Position numbers and translations under genes: made by a program
Source: Salinivirgaceae bacterium
Lineage (GTDB): Bacteria; Bacteroidota; Bacteroidia; Bacteroidales; SZUA-534
Reading direction: 5' to 3'
Assembly: GCA_050179685.1 (NCBI GenBank)
Contig: JBFXEW010000005.1
Span: forward strand, 13,911 to 77,910
DNA length: 64,000 bases
In this document: positions 21,057 through 30,789 of the stretch, one piece after another
Layout of the letters: every line of letters begins with the position of its first letter
Position numbering within the stretch: the first letter of the stretch is position 1
The notes under the pieces: generated by a model
The model's input: the letters and a program-made list of their open reading frames with translations, nothing else
Told to the model about the DNA's origin: nothing
Databases searched by the model: none

Positions 21057-21169
21057 TAGAAACTATGACAAAAACCGGCTTTCATAGAAAATTAATGAGC
21101 AACTTTTTAACTGAATTAACTGTTAAATGGATAACTTAGCTACATAATTACTATCAAAATATTACCATT

Positions 21170-21955
21170 ATGACAGATTTGATTCAAATTGAAAAAAATA
21201 ATAATGTGATGACGGTGCGGCTTAACCGACCTGAAAAACGCAATGCTTTGAATGCAAAAATGATTGGCGATTTGATGAAGCTGACTCAGGAATTGCAGCA
21301 CGACACCAGCATCGACATTGTTGTACTAAAAGGGAAAGGCGATAATTTTTGTGCCGGAGCCGATTTGTGCTGGTTCAAAAAAGCAATGGAAATGCCTGAA
21401 GAAGAACGAATTACTACATTAAAAGCTTTACCCGTTTTTCTGCGTACCTGGAATCGCCTGCCACAAACCACCATTACAGTAGGTCATGGTTTTTTGTACG
21501 GTGGAGCTTTGGGATTGCTGGCTGTAAGCGATTTCGTAATTCTTGAACAAAACAGTCACTTACGCCTGAGCGAAGTGTTACTGGGAGTTATTCCGGCTTC
21601 CATTGCACCCTATTTAATTCGCCGCATGGGATTTAAGCGCAGCAAAGCGCTGATGCTTTCGGCTGAAGCTATTAACGCCCAACTGGCTCTGGCCTATGGT
21701 TTAGCCGATAAAATTGGCCCCTTCGAAAAATTGCTTGAAATTGAACAACGACTGATTGAAAACATACAACGTTCGGCTCCTGAAACGCGCCGAATGCTTA
21801 AAAAATACCTGTTTGATATTGTAAACAGAGAAATTAACGAAGAGATGTCGGACATTGCAGCCCGAGGTCTTTCCGATGCTTTAAACACGGAGATTGCTAA
21901 GGAGTTTATTCAGTCTTTTTCCGATCAAAACGGAGAAAGCTCATGTAATGACTAA
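21170..21955 (+). CDS. enoyl-CoA hydratase/isomerase family (methylglutaconyl-CoA hydratase by context)
   Basis: 261 aa with crotonase-fold motifs RPEKRNALN, FCAGADL and GGALGL. It lies between the two carboxylase subunits. Confidence 0.7.
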   Translation: MTDLIQIEKNNNVMTVRLNRPEKRNALNAKMIGDLMKLTQELQHDTSIDIVVLKGKGDNFCAGADLCWFKKAMEMPEEERITTLKALPVFLRTWNRLPQTTITVGHGFLYGGALGLLAVSDFVILEQNSHLRLSEVLLGVIPASIAPYLIRRMGFKRSKALMLSAEAINAQLALAYGLADKIGPFEKLLEIEQRLIENIQRSAPETRRMLKKYLFDIVNREINEEMSDIAARGLSDALNTEIAKEFIQSFSDQNGESSCND

Positions 21956-21976
21956 TTAAAAAGAATTAAACAATTA

Positions 21977-23938
21977 ATGATAACAAAAATACTAATTGCA
22001 AACCGGGGCGAAATAGCCCGCCGAATAATTAAAACAGCCAAAAAACTAGGCATTTTAACGGTGGGTATTTACACCAACGACGAGCCCAATAATGCCTGGG
22101 CCAGCGAAGCGGACGAAAAAGTCTTCCTTCCGGGGAACGCTTTATCTGAAACCTGGCTGAATATGGATGAAATTATTGATTTGGCGCTTGAAACCTCATG
22201 CAATGCCATTCATCCCGGATACGGTTTTCTCTCTGAAAATGCAGCATTTGCCCGTAAGTGCAGCGAAAAGCAATTGGTATTTATTGGCCCATCAGCCGAA
22301 GCCATGGAATTGATGAGCGATAAAATTGTTTCCCGAAGCTTCGCTAAAAAAGCCGGTGTGCCGATTGCTTTTGCTTTGGAAGGAAATCAGGAAGCAATTC
22401 TAAACCAAGCCCATACTTTGCCTTACCCGGTAATCATTAAAGCCAGTGCGGGTGGTGGCGGTAAAGGTATGCACATTGTGTATAACACAGCTGAATTGGA
22501 AAAAAAGCTCGAAAAAGCCCAACGCGAAGCAAACAATTGGTTTGGCAACGGAACCGTTTATGTAGAACAATATTTTGAAGAAGCCCGCCATATCGAAGTT
22601 CAAATAATGGGCGACAGTCATGGGAATGTGATTCACCTTTATGAACGGGAATGCACCCTGCAACGGAACTACCAAAAAATAATTGAGGAAGCACCCTCTC
22701 CCACACTAAATAACCAACAACGTGAAGCTATTTGTGCTTCGGCTGTAACGCTGGCTAAAGCAGCAAAATACAACAACGCTGGAACCATCGAGTTTTTATG
22801 GGCCAACAATGAATTTTACTTTCTTGAAATGAATACCCGAATCCAGGTGGAACACCCGGTAACTGAAATGATTACCGGACTTGACCTGGTAGAGTTGCAA
22901 TTATCCGTCAGCAATAATTTACCCCTGCAATTCGGACAAAAAGATGTTAAAATTAACGGAGTAGCTGTTGAAGCGCGTATTTATGCCGAAAAACCCGAAG
23001 AAAACTTTAAGCCAACAGCAGGTATGCTGCATCATATAAAAACGGTAAAACATCCCCAATTGCGATTCGATAATACCTACGAATCGGGAAATGAAGTGGT
23101 AACCACTTACGATGGAATGATTGGAAAACTTATTGTTCACCAAAACCAGCGTAACCAAGCTTTGCAATGGCTGGCACAATGCATTTCTGAAACTCAAATA
23201 CATGGAGTTGAAACCAACTTATCGTTTTTATACCGTTTACTTACCCACCAAAAGGTAATTAGCAACAATATATATACCCGGTTTATAAACAATGAATTGG
23301 AAGGTATAAACCAGATTGAAAAGCCTGTTAATTTTGATGAAATTATTCTTGCTGCTTATGCTGCTGCTTTGGTAGAAAAGAAAACAGTGCAAAAAAACGC
23401 ATGGTCGCAACACACCAGCATTTTAGCCACTGCAAAACAAACGGTTTTAATTAATGGAAACCCGGGCAATTTTAAGCTAATTACACAGCCAACGGGCTTT
23501 CAATTAGTATTAAACGAAAAAATGTTTAATGTTTTTTATCATTCTTTAAACAACAATACAATAAATCTTGTTATAGACGGAGTTAAACATAAAGTAATTG
23601 TGACGAAGGGAAGGGATGCGTTCTGGGTTCAATACAGGAACCTGCTTTCGCTTGTGCGAAGCCAGCATTTATTGAGTCAGGCAAGTTTGCCAAAAAAAGC
23701 AGGATTCAATGGAACTGTGGGTGATTTTGAAATCAAATCGCCACTACATGGTAAAATTGCCTCGATAATGGTGAAACAGGGACAAACAGTTGAACAAGGG
23801 ACTAATATCCTTACCATAGAATCGATGAAAACAGAAAATCATATAGCATCGCCAGCAAGTGGTGTTGTTGATCTGATTTTGATTGAGAAAGATGCATTGG
23901 TTAAAGAAGATCAACTATTAATAACGTTTAAAAATTAA
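21977..23938 (+). CDS. biotin carboxylase + biotin carrier (alpha) subunit of acyl-CoA carboxylase, methylcrotonyl-CoA carboxylase-like
   Basis: 653 aa with N-terminus ILIANRGEIARRII, an ATP-grasp domain and the C-terminal biotinylation motif ESMKTE. Confidence 0.85.
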   Translation: MITKILIANRGEIARRIIKTAKKLGILTVGIYTNDEPNNAWASEADEKVFLPGNALSETWLNMDEIIDLALETSCNAIHPGYGFLSENAAFARKCSEKQLVFIGPSAEAMELMSDKIVSRSFAKKAGVPIAFALEGNQEAILNQAHTLPYPVIIKASAGGGGKGMHIVYNTAELEKKLEKAQREANNWFGNGTVYVEQYFEEARHIEVQIMGDSHGNVIHLYERECTLQRNYQKIIEEAPSPTLNNQQREAICASAVTLAKAAKYNNAGTIEFLWANNEFYFLEMNTRIQVEHPVTEMITGLDLVELQLSVSNNLPLQFGQKDVKINGVAVEARIYAEKPEENFKPTAGMLHHIKTVKHPQLRFDNTYESGNEVVTTYDGMIGKLIVHQNQRNQALQWLAQCISETQIHGVETNLSFLYRLLTHQKVISNNIYTRFINNELEGINQIEKPVNFDEIILAAYAAALVEKKTVQKNAWSQHTSILATAKQTVLINGNPGNFKLITQPTGFQLVLNEKMFNVFYHSLNNNTINLVIDGVKHKVIVTKGRDAFWVQYRNLLSLVRSQHLLSQASLPKKAGFNGTVGDFEIKSPLHGKIASIMVKQGQTVEQGTNILTIESMKTENHIASPASGVVDLILIEKDALVKEDQLLITFKN

Positions 23939-23988
23939 CAAAATATTTGTTTTACTTATAACACAAAACTCTAACATAATTTTAAAAG

Positions 23989-25146
23989 ATGAACGCATTA
24001 CTCAAAGATCATCATAATCACTGGAGGCAGAAAATCAGAAAGTTTGCCGAAGAAAAAGTTAAACCGGTTATCGGAGCCTACGATCGCAAAGCACTTTTTC
24101 CCCATGAACTTATTGAAACCCTGGGCAAAGAAACCGGTGTTTTTGGTATGTATATTCCCGAGCAATATGGTGGCAAGGGAACCGACACCTTGTCGTATAT
24201 TATTGCTGTTGAAGAATTGGCCCGAATCGACAGTTCAGTAGCTGCTACCGTGGCTGCACACAATAGCCTCGGTATTGGTCCCATTTTAAATTTTGGAACC
24301 GAAGAGCAAAAAATGCAATGGCTACCCCAACTATGCACCGGAAAAGCCTTATGGGCTATGGGACTTACCGAAATAAACGCAGGCAGCGATGCAAAAGCAG
24401 TAGAAACAACTGCCGATTTTAAAGACGGTAAATGGATTATTAATGGAACTAAACTTTATATCACCAATGCCGCTTCCGTATTGTCAAAAGGTATCACCGT
24501 GGCTGCAAGAACCGGTGAAAACAATGGCAAAGCAGAATTCTCAGCCATTCTCCTTCCCTATCCAACACCCGGATTTGAACGCAAACTGATGGAGGATAAA
24601 CTGGTTTGGCGTGCCGCTGACAACGGAGAATTGTTCTTCAATAATTGTGAGGTTCCTGAGAATTACCTGTTAGGAAAACGCGGCGATGGATTAAAGATTA
24701 TTCTGAAAACCATCGATGCCGGACGACTTTCCATTGCAGCCATGGGCGTTGGATTAGCGCAAGGTGCGTTTGAAATGGCGCGTGAGTACGCCATGACTCG
24801 TTTTCAATTTGGTAAACCCATCGCACACCTGCAATCCATCGCGTTTAAACTGGCCGATATGGCCGTGAAAATTGAAAACGCACGCAATACCCTGTATAAT
24901 GCCTGTTGGATGAAAGATCAGGGCTTGCCTTTTGGTACGCAATCGGCCATGGCAAAATTATACGCCAGCGAAATTGCCCGCGAAGTAGCCGACGAAGCCG
25001 TTCAGATTTTTGGTGGTGCAGGCTTATTGGAATCGAACCCCATTGCCCGTTTTTACCGCGACCAGCGCTTATTGCAAATTGGTGAGGGAACATCTGAGAT
25101 TCTGCGCCTGGTAATATCGCGCCATGTACTCGACGAAAATAAATAA
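23989..25146 (+). CDS. acyl-CoA dehydrogenase (isovaleryl-CoA dehydrogenase-like by context)
   Basis: 385 aa of the ACAD family (GLTEINAGSDA, ...QIFGGAGL..., YRDQRLLQIGEGTSEI). Confidence 0.85.
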   Translation: MNALLKDHHNHWRQKIRKFAEEKVKPVIGAYDRKALFPHELIETLGKETGVFGMYIPEQYGGKGTDTLSYIIAVEELARIDSSVAATVAAHNSLGIGPILNFGTEEQKMQWLPQLCTGKALWAMGLTEINAGSDAKAVETTADFKDGKWIINGTKLYITNAASVLSKGITVAARTGENNGKAEFSAILLPYPTPGFERKLMEDKLVWRAADNGELFFNNCEVPENYLLGKRGDGLKIILKTIDAGRLSIAAMGVGLAQGAFEMAREYAMTRFQFGKPIAHLQSIAFKLADMAVKIENARNTLYNACWMKDQGLPFGTQSAMAKLYASEIAREVADEAVQIFGGAGLLESNPIARFYRDQRLLQIGEGTSEILRLVISRHVLDENK

Positions 25147-25154
25147 GTCACTGA

Positions 25155-26456
25155 ATGGACAAAAAAGAAACTATTGAGGGATTTTACAAGCTCAGCCGGA
25201 CTGAAAAAATTGCTTTGCTTAAACTGAGCATCGAATCGAAAGAGCTTTTAAATCGTGCACTAATTAGTGATCCCGAGATAGCCGGCATTATTGATGAACT
25301 GAGTGAAAATACCATTTCACATTATCCATTCCCCTTGGGAGTAGCTCCCAACGTATGGATAAATAACAAAGTTTATACACTTCCTCTGGTTACCGAAGAA
25401 AGTTCAGTAGTGGCAGCCATTGCTAAAGCAGCTAAGTTCTGGTCGCAATACGGCGGATTTCAGTCCACGGTATCCGGAACCGAAAAGAAAGGCCAGGTTC
25501 ACTTTTTCTGGAAAGGTGATAAAAAACTGCTTTCCGATAAATTTGATGCACTAAAAGACTTTATTCTTTTCCGCATCAGGCCTTATACCCGACGCATGCA
25601 AAAACGTGGCGGAGGCATTTCGAATATTGTCTTAGCCGATAAAACCACCTTGCTCGATAATTATTTCCAGCTCGATGTTTCGTTCGAAACCCTCGATGCC
25701 ATGGGAGCAAATTTCATAAATTCCTGTTTGGAAGACATGGCCAAATCGCTCCGACAATTTGTAAGCTGTGATTTGGAGATGGACGAAAACCTGCTCGAAA
25801 TTAACATGGCCATTCTTTCGAACTACACACCCAATTGCCGGGTTAAAGCTTCTGCATCTATTCCGGTTGCAGATTTAAACCACTATGGTGAACAGCTTAA
25901 CGTCAGTAATCTGGCAAAAAAGCTGGAACAAGCCCTTGCCATCGCGTCGGTCGATGTTAACAGGGCGGTAACGCACAACAAAGGAATTTTTAATGGAATT
26001 GATGCGATAGCTTTAGCCACTGGTAACGACTGGCGTGCTTTAGAAGCAGGCGCTCATGCCTATGCTTCGCATAAAGGCACGTATGCTTCTTTATCGAAAG
26101 CTACAATTAGTGAAGATATTTTCACAATGGAACTTGAAATTCCATTAGCTGTAGGTACAGTTGGAGGAATTACCAATTTACATCCCCTGGCTAGAATCGC
26201 TATGGAAATACTTGGGAAACCCAATGCCGAAGAGTTGATGCAAATAATGGCGGTAAGCGGACTGGCTGCCAACTTTTCAGCCCTTTTAGCCTTGACTACT
26301 TCGGGAATTCAAAAAGGTCACATGAGTATGCACCTGACAAACATCTTGCGACAATTAGAAGCAACAGAATCGCAAAAAGAAGCTGCCAAAGTGTTTTTTA
26401 AAGACAAAACCATCAGCTACACTGAAGTGGCCGATTACCTGAATACAAACCTGTAA
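25155..26456 (+). CDS. mvaA: class II hydroxymethylglutaryl-CoA reductase
   Basis: 433 aa with motifs EESSVVAA, DAMGANF, NKGIFNGIDA and TVGG, typical of bacterial class II HMGR. Confidence 0.85.
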   Translation: MDKKETIEGFYKLSRTEKIALLKLSIESKELLNRALISDPEIAGIIDELSENTISHYPFPLGVAPNVWINNKVYTLPLVTEESSVVAAIAKAAKFWSQYGGFQSTVSGTEKKGQVHFFWKGDKKLLSDKFDALKDFILFRIRPYTRRMQKRGGGISNIVLADKTTLLDNYFQLDVSFETLDAMGANFINSCLEDMAKSLRQFVSCDLEMDENLLEINMAILSNYTPNCRVKASASIPVADLNHYGEQLNVSNLAKKLEQALAIASVDVNRAVTHNKGIFNGIDAIALATGNDWRALEAGAHAYASHKGTYASLSKATISEDIFTMELEIPLAVGTVGGITNLHPLARIAMEILGKPNAEELMQIMAVSGLAANFSALLALTTSGIQKGHMSMHLTNILRQLEATESQKEAAKVFFKDKTISYTEVADYLNTNL

Positions 26457-26467
26457 ATCGCTAAGCA

Positions 26468-27388
26468 TTGCAAATTCAAGAGTTCAGAAGTAACGGAAAA
26501 CTCTTACTCACCGGTGAATACCTGGTTCTAAAAGGTGCCAAAGCTTTGGCTCTGCCACTAAAGCCAGGCCAAACTTTACAGGTTGAACCCAATAAAACGG
26601 ATAAACTGAATTGGATAAGCACCGAAAAAGGAACACCATTTTTTTCGGCTAGCTACCGTACCAATAATCTTGAAATAATTGAAAGCAGCGATGAAATCCG
26701 TGGAGCTTACATCCAACAGCTGCTCAGGGAAGCAAAACTATTAAATCCCAACTTTTTAAATGCTGGGCAGGCCTATAAAATAAAAGCCAATATTGAATTC
26801 AATAAGTTGTGGGGCCTGGGCTCAAGCAGTACGCTCATTAACAACCTGGCGCAATGGGCCGGAGTTGATGCTTTTACGCTAAACCAGCAAATTTCGAAGG
26901 GCTCGGGTTACGATATTGCCTGTGCGCAACAAGCAAAACCTTTGGTTTATCAATTACAAAATAATAAACCTCATATTGAAACAGTGCATTTTAATCCTCC
27001 CTTTTTAAAGCAGCTTAACCTGGTTTACCTAAACCAAAAAATGCCCACCGAAACCAACATTGGTCGCTTTCTAAAAAACAATACGGTGCCGGAATCGCTA
27101 ATAAAAAGCATCAACTTACTAACTGAAGCAGTTCTGGTTTGTACTGAAATGAGTAAATTTCAGCGCTTAATGCAGGAACACGAAGATATTTTAGCAAACC
27201 TGTTGCAGGTACCCACAGTAAAAGAACAACATTTCAGCGATTTTAAAGGTACACTTAAATCACTTGGGGCCTGGGGTGGCGATTTTATTCTAAGCATCTC
27301 CGATGAATCCTTTGAAGAACAACAAAACTATTTTAGCCGTCGCGGATTCAAAACAATTTTGCCCCTTGCGCCGTTATTATGCGTATAA
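26468..27388 (+). CDS. GYDIA-family GHMP kinase (candidate phosphomevalonate kinase)
   Basis: 306 aa with TTG start. It contains the eponymous GSGYDIA motif and the GHMP loop GLGSSST. It sits between HMGR and the decarboxylase. Confidence 0.7.
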   Translation: MQIQEFRSNGKLLLTGEYLVLKGAKALALPLKPGQTLQVEPNKTDKLNWISTEKGTPFFSASYRTNNLEIIESSDEIRGAYIQQLLREAKLLNPNFLNAGQAYKIKANIEFNKLWGLGSSSTLINNLAQWAGVDAFTLNQQISKGSGYDIACAQQAKPLVYQLQNNKPHIETVHFNPPFLKQLNLVYLNQKMPTETNIGRFLKNNTVPESLIKSINLLTEAVLVCTEMSKFQRLMQEHEDILANLLQVPTVKEQHFSDFKGTLKSLGAWGGDFILSISDESFEEQQNYFSRRGFKTILPLAPLLCV

Positions 27389-27430
27389 ACCTTTCCAACC
27401 TAAACATATTTTGCACTTAAATGGCTAAAC

Positions 27431-28471
27431 ATGAAAAAAATAAGCTGGCAAAGTCCGTCGAATATAGCATTGATAAAATATTGGGGTAAAACCGGCGACC
27501 AAATGCCGACCAATCCTTCCATTAGTTTTACCCTTGAAAAATCGTATACCGAAACATCGCTTGGTTACAAAAAGGACGAATCAATTAATGGTATTAAAGT
27601 AGATTTTTTGTTCGAAGGTAAAGCCAATCCCGAGTTTGAGAAACGATTGCTTAAGTACCTGAATCGAATTTCGGAATACATTCCGGTTATGCAGCAACTG
27701 CACCTCAGCATCGAAAGCAAAAACAGTTTTCCACATTCGTCAGGAATTGCCAGTTCGGCCAGCAGTTATAGTGCTTTAGCCTTGTGTCTGGTAAGTATGG
27801 AGGAAGAACTTACGGGTGTTCCCTTTACCCGCGATGCTTTTTATCAGAAAGCCTCGCTTTTGGCCCGACTGGGTTCCGGAAGTGCTGCCCGCAGTGTATA
27901 CGGAGGCTGTAATTTATGGGGCAAAACCCCGGGTATTACCGAATCGAGCAATTTGTATTCGGTACCTTTAAACCACCAGGTGCATCCCGATTTTTTAAAC
28001 TATAAAGATGCCATATTGTTGGTCTCAAAAAGCACAAAAAAAGTTTCCAGTTCGGTGGGACATCAGCTGATGAACAAGCACCCTTTTGCGGAGGCTAAGT
28101 TTAAAGAATCGTACAAAAACACCGAAAAAATGTTAGGCATTCTGAAAACCGGCGATGCCATGGAGTTTGCCAATCTGGTAGAAGCTGAAGCGCTTTCGTT
28201 GCATGCCATGATGATGACCAGTAATCCGGCTTACCTGCTTATGGAACCGCATACCCTGGCCATTATCCGGAAAATTGGCGCATTCCGTCACGAAACAGGC
28301 ATTCCTGCCTGCTTTACTTTAGATGCCGGAGCCAATGTCCACATGCTTTATCCTTCGAATGCCACAGAACAAATACAATCGTTCATAAAAAAAACACTGA
28401 TGCCCTATTGCTTCAACTATCAGTGGATTGACGATACCCTTGGAGCCGGTCCGCTTCAGCTTAATACTTAA
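27431..28471 (+). CDS. mvaD: diphosphomevalonate decarboxylase
   Basis: 346 aa with SNIALIKYWGK, GIASSASS and LDAGANV. Confidence 0.85.
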   Translation: MKKISWQSPSNIALIKYWGKTGDQMPTNPSISFTLEKSYTETSLGYKKDESINGIKVDFLFEGKANPEFEKRLLKYLNRISEYIPVMQQLHLSIESKNSFPHSSGIASSASSYSALALCLVSMEEELTGVPFTRDAFYQKASLLARLGSGSAARSVYGGCNLWGKTPGITESSNLYSVPLNHQVHPDFLNYKDAILLVSKSTKKVSSSVGHQLMNKHPFAEAKFKESYKNTEKMLGILKTGDAMEFANLVEAEALSLHAMMMTSNPAYLLMEPHTLAIIRKIGAFRHETGIPACFTLDAGANVHMLYPSNATEQIQSFIKKTLMPYCFNYQWIDDTLGAGPLQLNT

Positions 28472-28491
28472 TAGAAATCCTGATCAAGCAG

Positions 28492-29373
28492 ATGAAAGCA
28501 TTTTCAGCTAAGATTATTTTATTTGGCGAATACAGCATACTCAGTGGCTCCAAAGCTTTGGCTATTCCCTTTCCTGCATTTTCCGGCAAGCTGCAGGCGC
28601 AGCATGCACTTTGCGATAATTCCCTGGCATCGGCACAAATTATCAAAGAACTTTTTGAATACCTGAAGAATCAACACTTTGAAGCCAATCCCAATTTTGA
28701 AAAACTACAGCATCAAATAGCACAGGGATTGTATTTTGAAAGCACCATACCGAATGGTTATGGCCTGGGAAGTTCGGGAGCCCTGGTGGCTGCAGTTTAT
28801 CATCATTTTTTCAAGGGACTTGAAGATCTATCCATTTATCAACATAAAGCCGATTTAGCAAAATTAGAATCCTATTTTCATGGAACCAGTTCCGGCATCG
28901 ACCCGCTGGTATCTTTTCTGAATGCTCCTGTATTGGTTCAGGAAACTACGGTAGAGACACTTCAACTTAAAACAAGCTCTACCTACCAGCTTATATTAAT
29001 TGATACCGGACAAAAAGCAACTACGCAAGGCCTGGTCCAATATTATAAAGATTTATTAAGCTCTGCAAAACAAAAGGAAGCTGCAATGCAACTCAATGAA
29101 AGCACCAACCGCTGTATAGCTGGTTTTTTGCAAAACAAGCTGCAATTTGACGATTTAAAAACACTTTCCGAGCTTCAACAGCACTTGCTAAAACCCATGT
29201 TTGTTTTAAACAAAGTCCTGCTCGAAGCTGTGAATCGTTTTAAGGATGATGCATCATTAAAACTTTGCGGTTCAGGAGGTGGCGGTTTTGTTTCAGCCTG
29301 GGTGCGTAAAAGCAAAAGCCCGGAATTCATCGATTATCTTGACCATCATAAGCTTACTTACCATCGGGTATAA
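28492..29373 (+). CDS. mvk: mevalonate kinase (GHMP family)
   Basis: 293 aa with KIILFGEYSIL, the GHMP loop PNGYGLGSSGALVAA and C-terminal GSGGGGF. Confidence 0.7.
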   Translation: MKAFSAKIILFGEYSILSGSKALAIPFPAFSGKLQAQHALCDNSLASAQIIKELFEYLKNQHFEANPNFEKLQHQIAQGLYFESTIPNGYGLGSSGALVAAVYHHFFKGLEDLSIYQHKADLAKLESYFHGTSSGIDPLVSFLNAPVLVQETTVETLQLKTSSTYQLILIDTGQKATTQGLVQYYKDLLSSAKQKEAAMQLNESTNRCIAGFLQNKLQFDDLKTLSELQQHLLKPMFVLNKVLLEAVNRFKDDASLKLCGSGGGGFVSAWVRKSKSPEFIDYLDHHKLTYHRV

Positions 29374-29381
29374 AACCGGCT

Positions 29382-30653
29382 CTATTCCTGCTTTCGAAAA
29401 GGTTTTATCATTACCCGCAACGATTGATCGCGCAGTAGATAGCTTTGTGCCCAGTTGATAAAAATGAATACCCGGTTTTTCACCCCAACAATCGACATCA
29501 GGTGTACAAACAACCAAAGCAACCAGGCTACAAATCCCGATAAACGCACTGCGGGCAAATCGGCAACGGCCATATTCCTCCCTATTGTAGCCAAACTTCC
29601 TTTATCGCGGTAGCTAAAAGCTTTCCATTTTCCTGTTTTTAAGTTTTTAGCCAGGTTCTTTGCCTGCTGAATAGCAACCTGAGCCACCTGCGGATGACCG
29701 TCAGTATAGTTTTGCTCTGTTTGAAAAGCCATATCGCCAATGGCAAAAACCCGCGGTGCGTCTTCAACCTGATTAAAAGCATCAACCTTTATTCGGTTGC
29801 CACGGGCGTAAATACTTTCGGGTAAGCCCGGTAGTGTGAATCCCCTGACTCCGGCAGTCCACAATAAATTTCGGCAGCTTACCACAGTTCCGGAACCCAG
29901 ACTTACCGTTTCGCCATCGAAGTTTTCAATCTTTTCATTAAGGAACACTTGTACACCCAGGCGATGAAGGTATTTTAAAGCATCCGCTCCGGCCTTTTCA
30001 CTCATTCCATTAAGCAAGCGGGGCCCGGCTTCATAAAGCTGAATCTGCATCAACGAAAAGTCCAGTTCGGGATAGTCTTTAAATAGTACATTGTTCTTCA
30101 TCTCGGCTATGGCTCCCGACAGTTCAACTCCCGTGGGCCCTCCTCCTACAATTACAACCGACATCAGACTTGCCTGTTCGGCATTATCCTGTGTAAGAAT
30201 TGCCTTTTCAAAACTTTCCAAGATTCGGTTTCTTACATAAATTGCTTCTGCGGTCGACTTCATGGGTAAGCCATGTTTTTCGAGCGATGCCGAACCAAAG
30301 TAATTATTTCCTACCCCGGTTGCCAGCACCAGGTAGTCGTAAGGCAACGGTCCATCTGTAGTATCAATTTGTTTTGTTGATACATTTATCTGCTTTAACG
30401 CGGTATTGCGAAAATGCAGGTTGGCATGCTTCTGAAATATTTTACGCACGGGAAACGAAATGGAAGCGGGCTCAATACCCGAAGTGGCTACCTGATAAAA
30501 TAGCGGCTGAAACTGATGAAAATTGTTTTTATCGATAAGAACCACCTGATATTTCGAGCCAGCCAGACTGCGGGCCAGTTTCAGTCCGGCAAAGCCTGCG
30601 CCGACAATTACTATACGTTCTTTTCCATTTTCTGGAAGGTTAAATACTTGCAT
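29382..30653 (-). CDS. ndh: type II NADH:quinone oxidoreductase (NDH-2)
   Basis: 423 aa with two Rossmann motifs (VIVGAGFAGL, VIVGGGPTGVE) and a C-terminal amphipathic/membrane segment. Confidence 0.85.
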   Translation of the reverse strand: MQVFNLPENGKERIVIVGAGFAGLKLARSLAGSKYQVVLIDKNNFHQFQPLFYQVATSGIEPASISFPVRKIFQKHANLHFRNTALKQINVSTKQIDTTDGPLPYDYLVLATGVGNNYFGSASLEKHGLPMKSTAEAIYVRNRILESFEKAILTQDNAEQASLMSVVIVGGGPTGVELSGAIAEMKNNVLFKDYPELDFSLMQIQLYEAGPRLLNGMSEKAGADALKYLHRLGVQVFLNEKIENFDGETVSLGSGTVVSCRNLLWTAGVRGFTLPGLPESIYARGNRIKVDAFNQVEDAPRVFAIGDMAFQTEQNYTDGHPQVAQVAIQQAKNLAKNLKTGKWKAFSYRDKGSLATIGRNMAVADLPAVRLSGFVAWLLWLFVHLMSIVGVKNRVFIFINWAQSYLLRDQSLRVMIKPFRKQE

Positions 30654-30789
30654 AAAGAACTTTTTAAAGGTGAATTTGAGCTATTAATTAAAGCTTACCC
30701 TAATTAAGACTCACGAATCTTTTAATCTTAAAACAATTTGCCAACAAGGTTGTTTTTCCGCTGTAAGCATCTTTTTAGTATTAAAAAAC

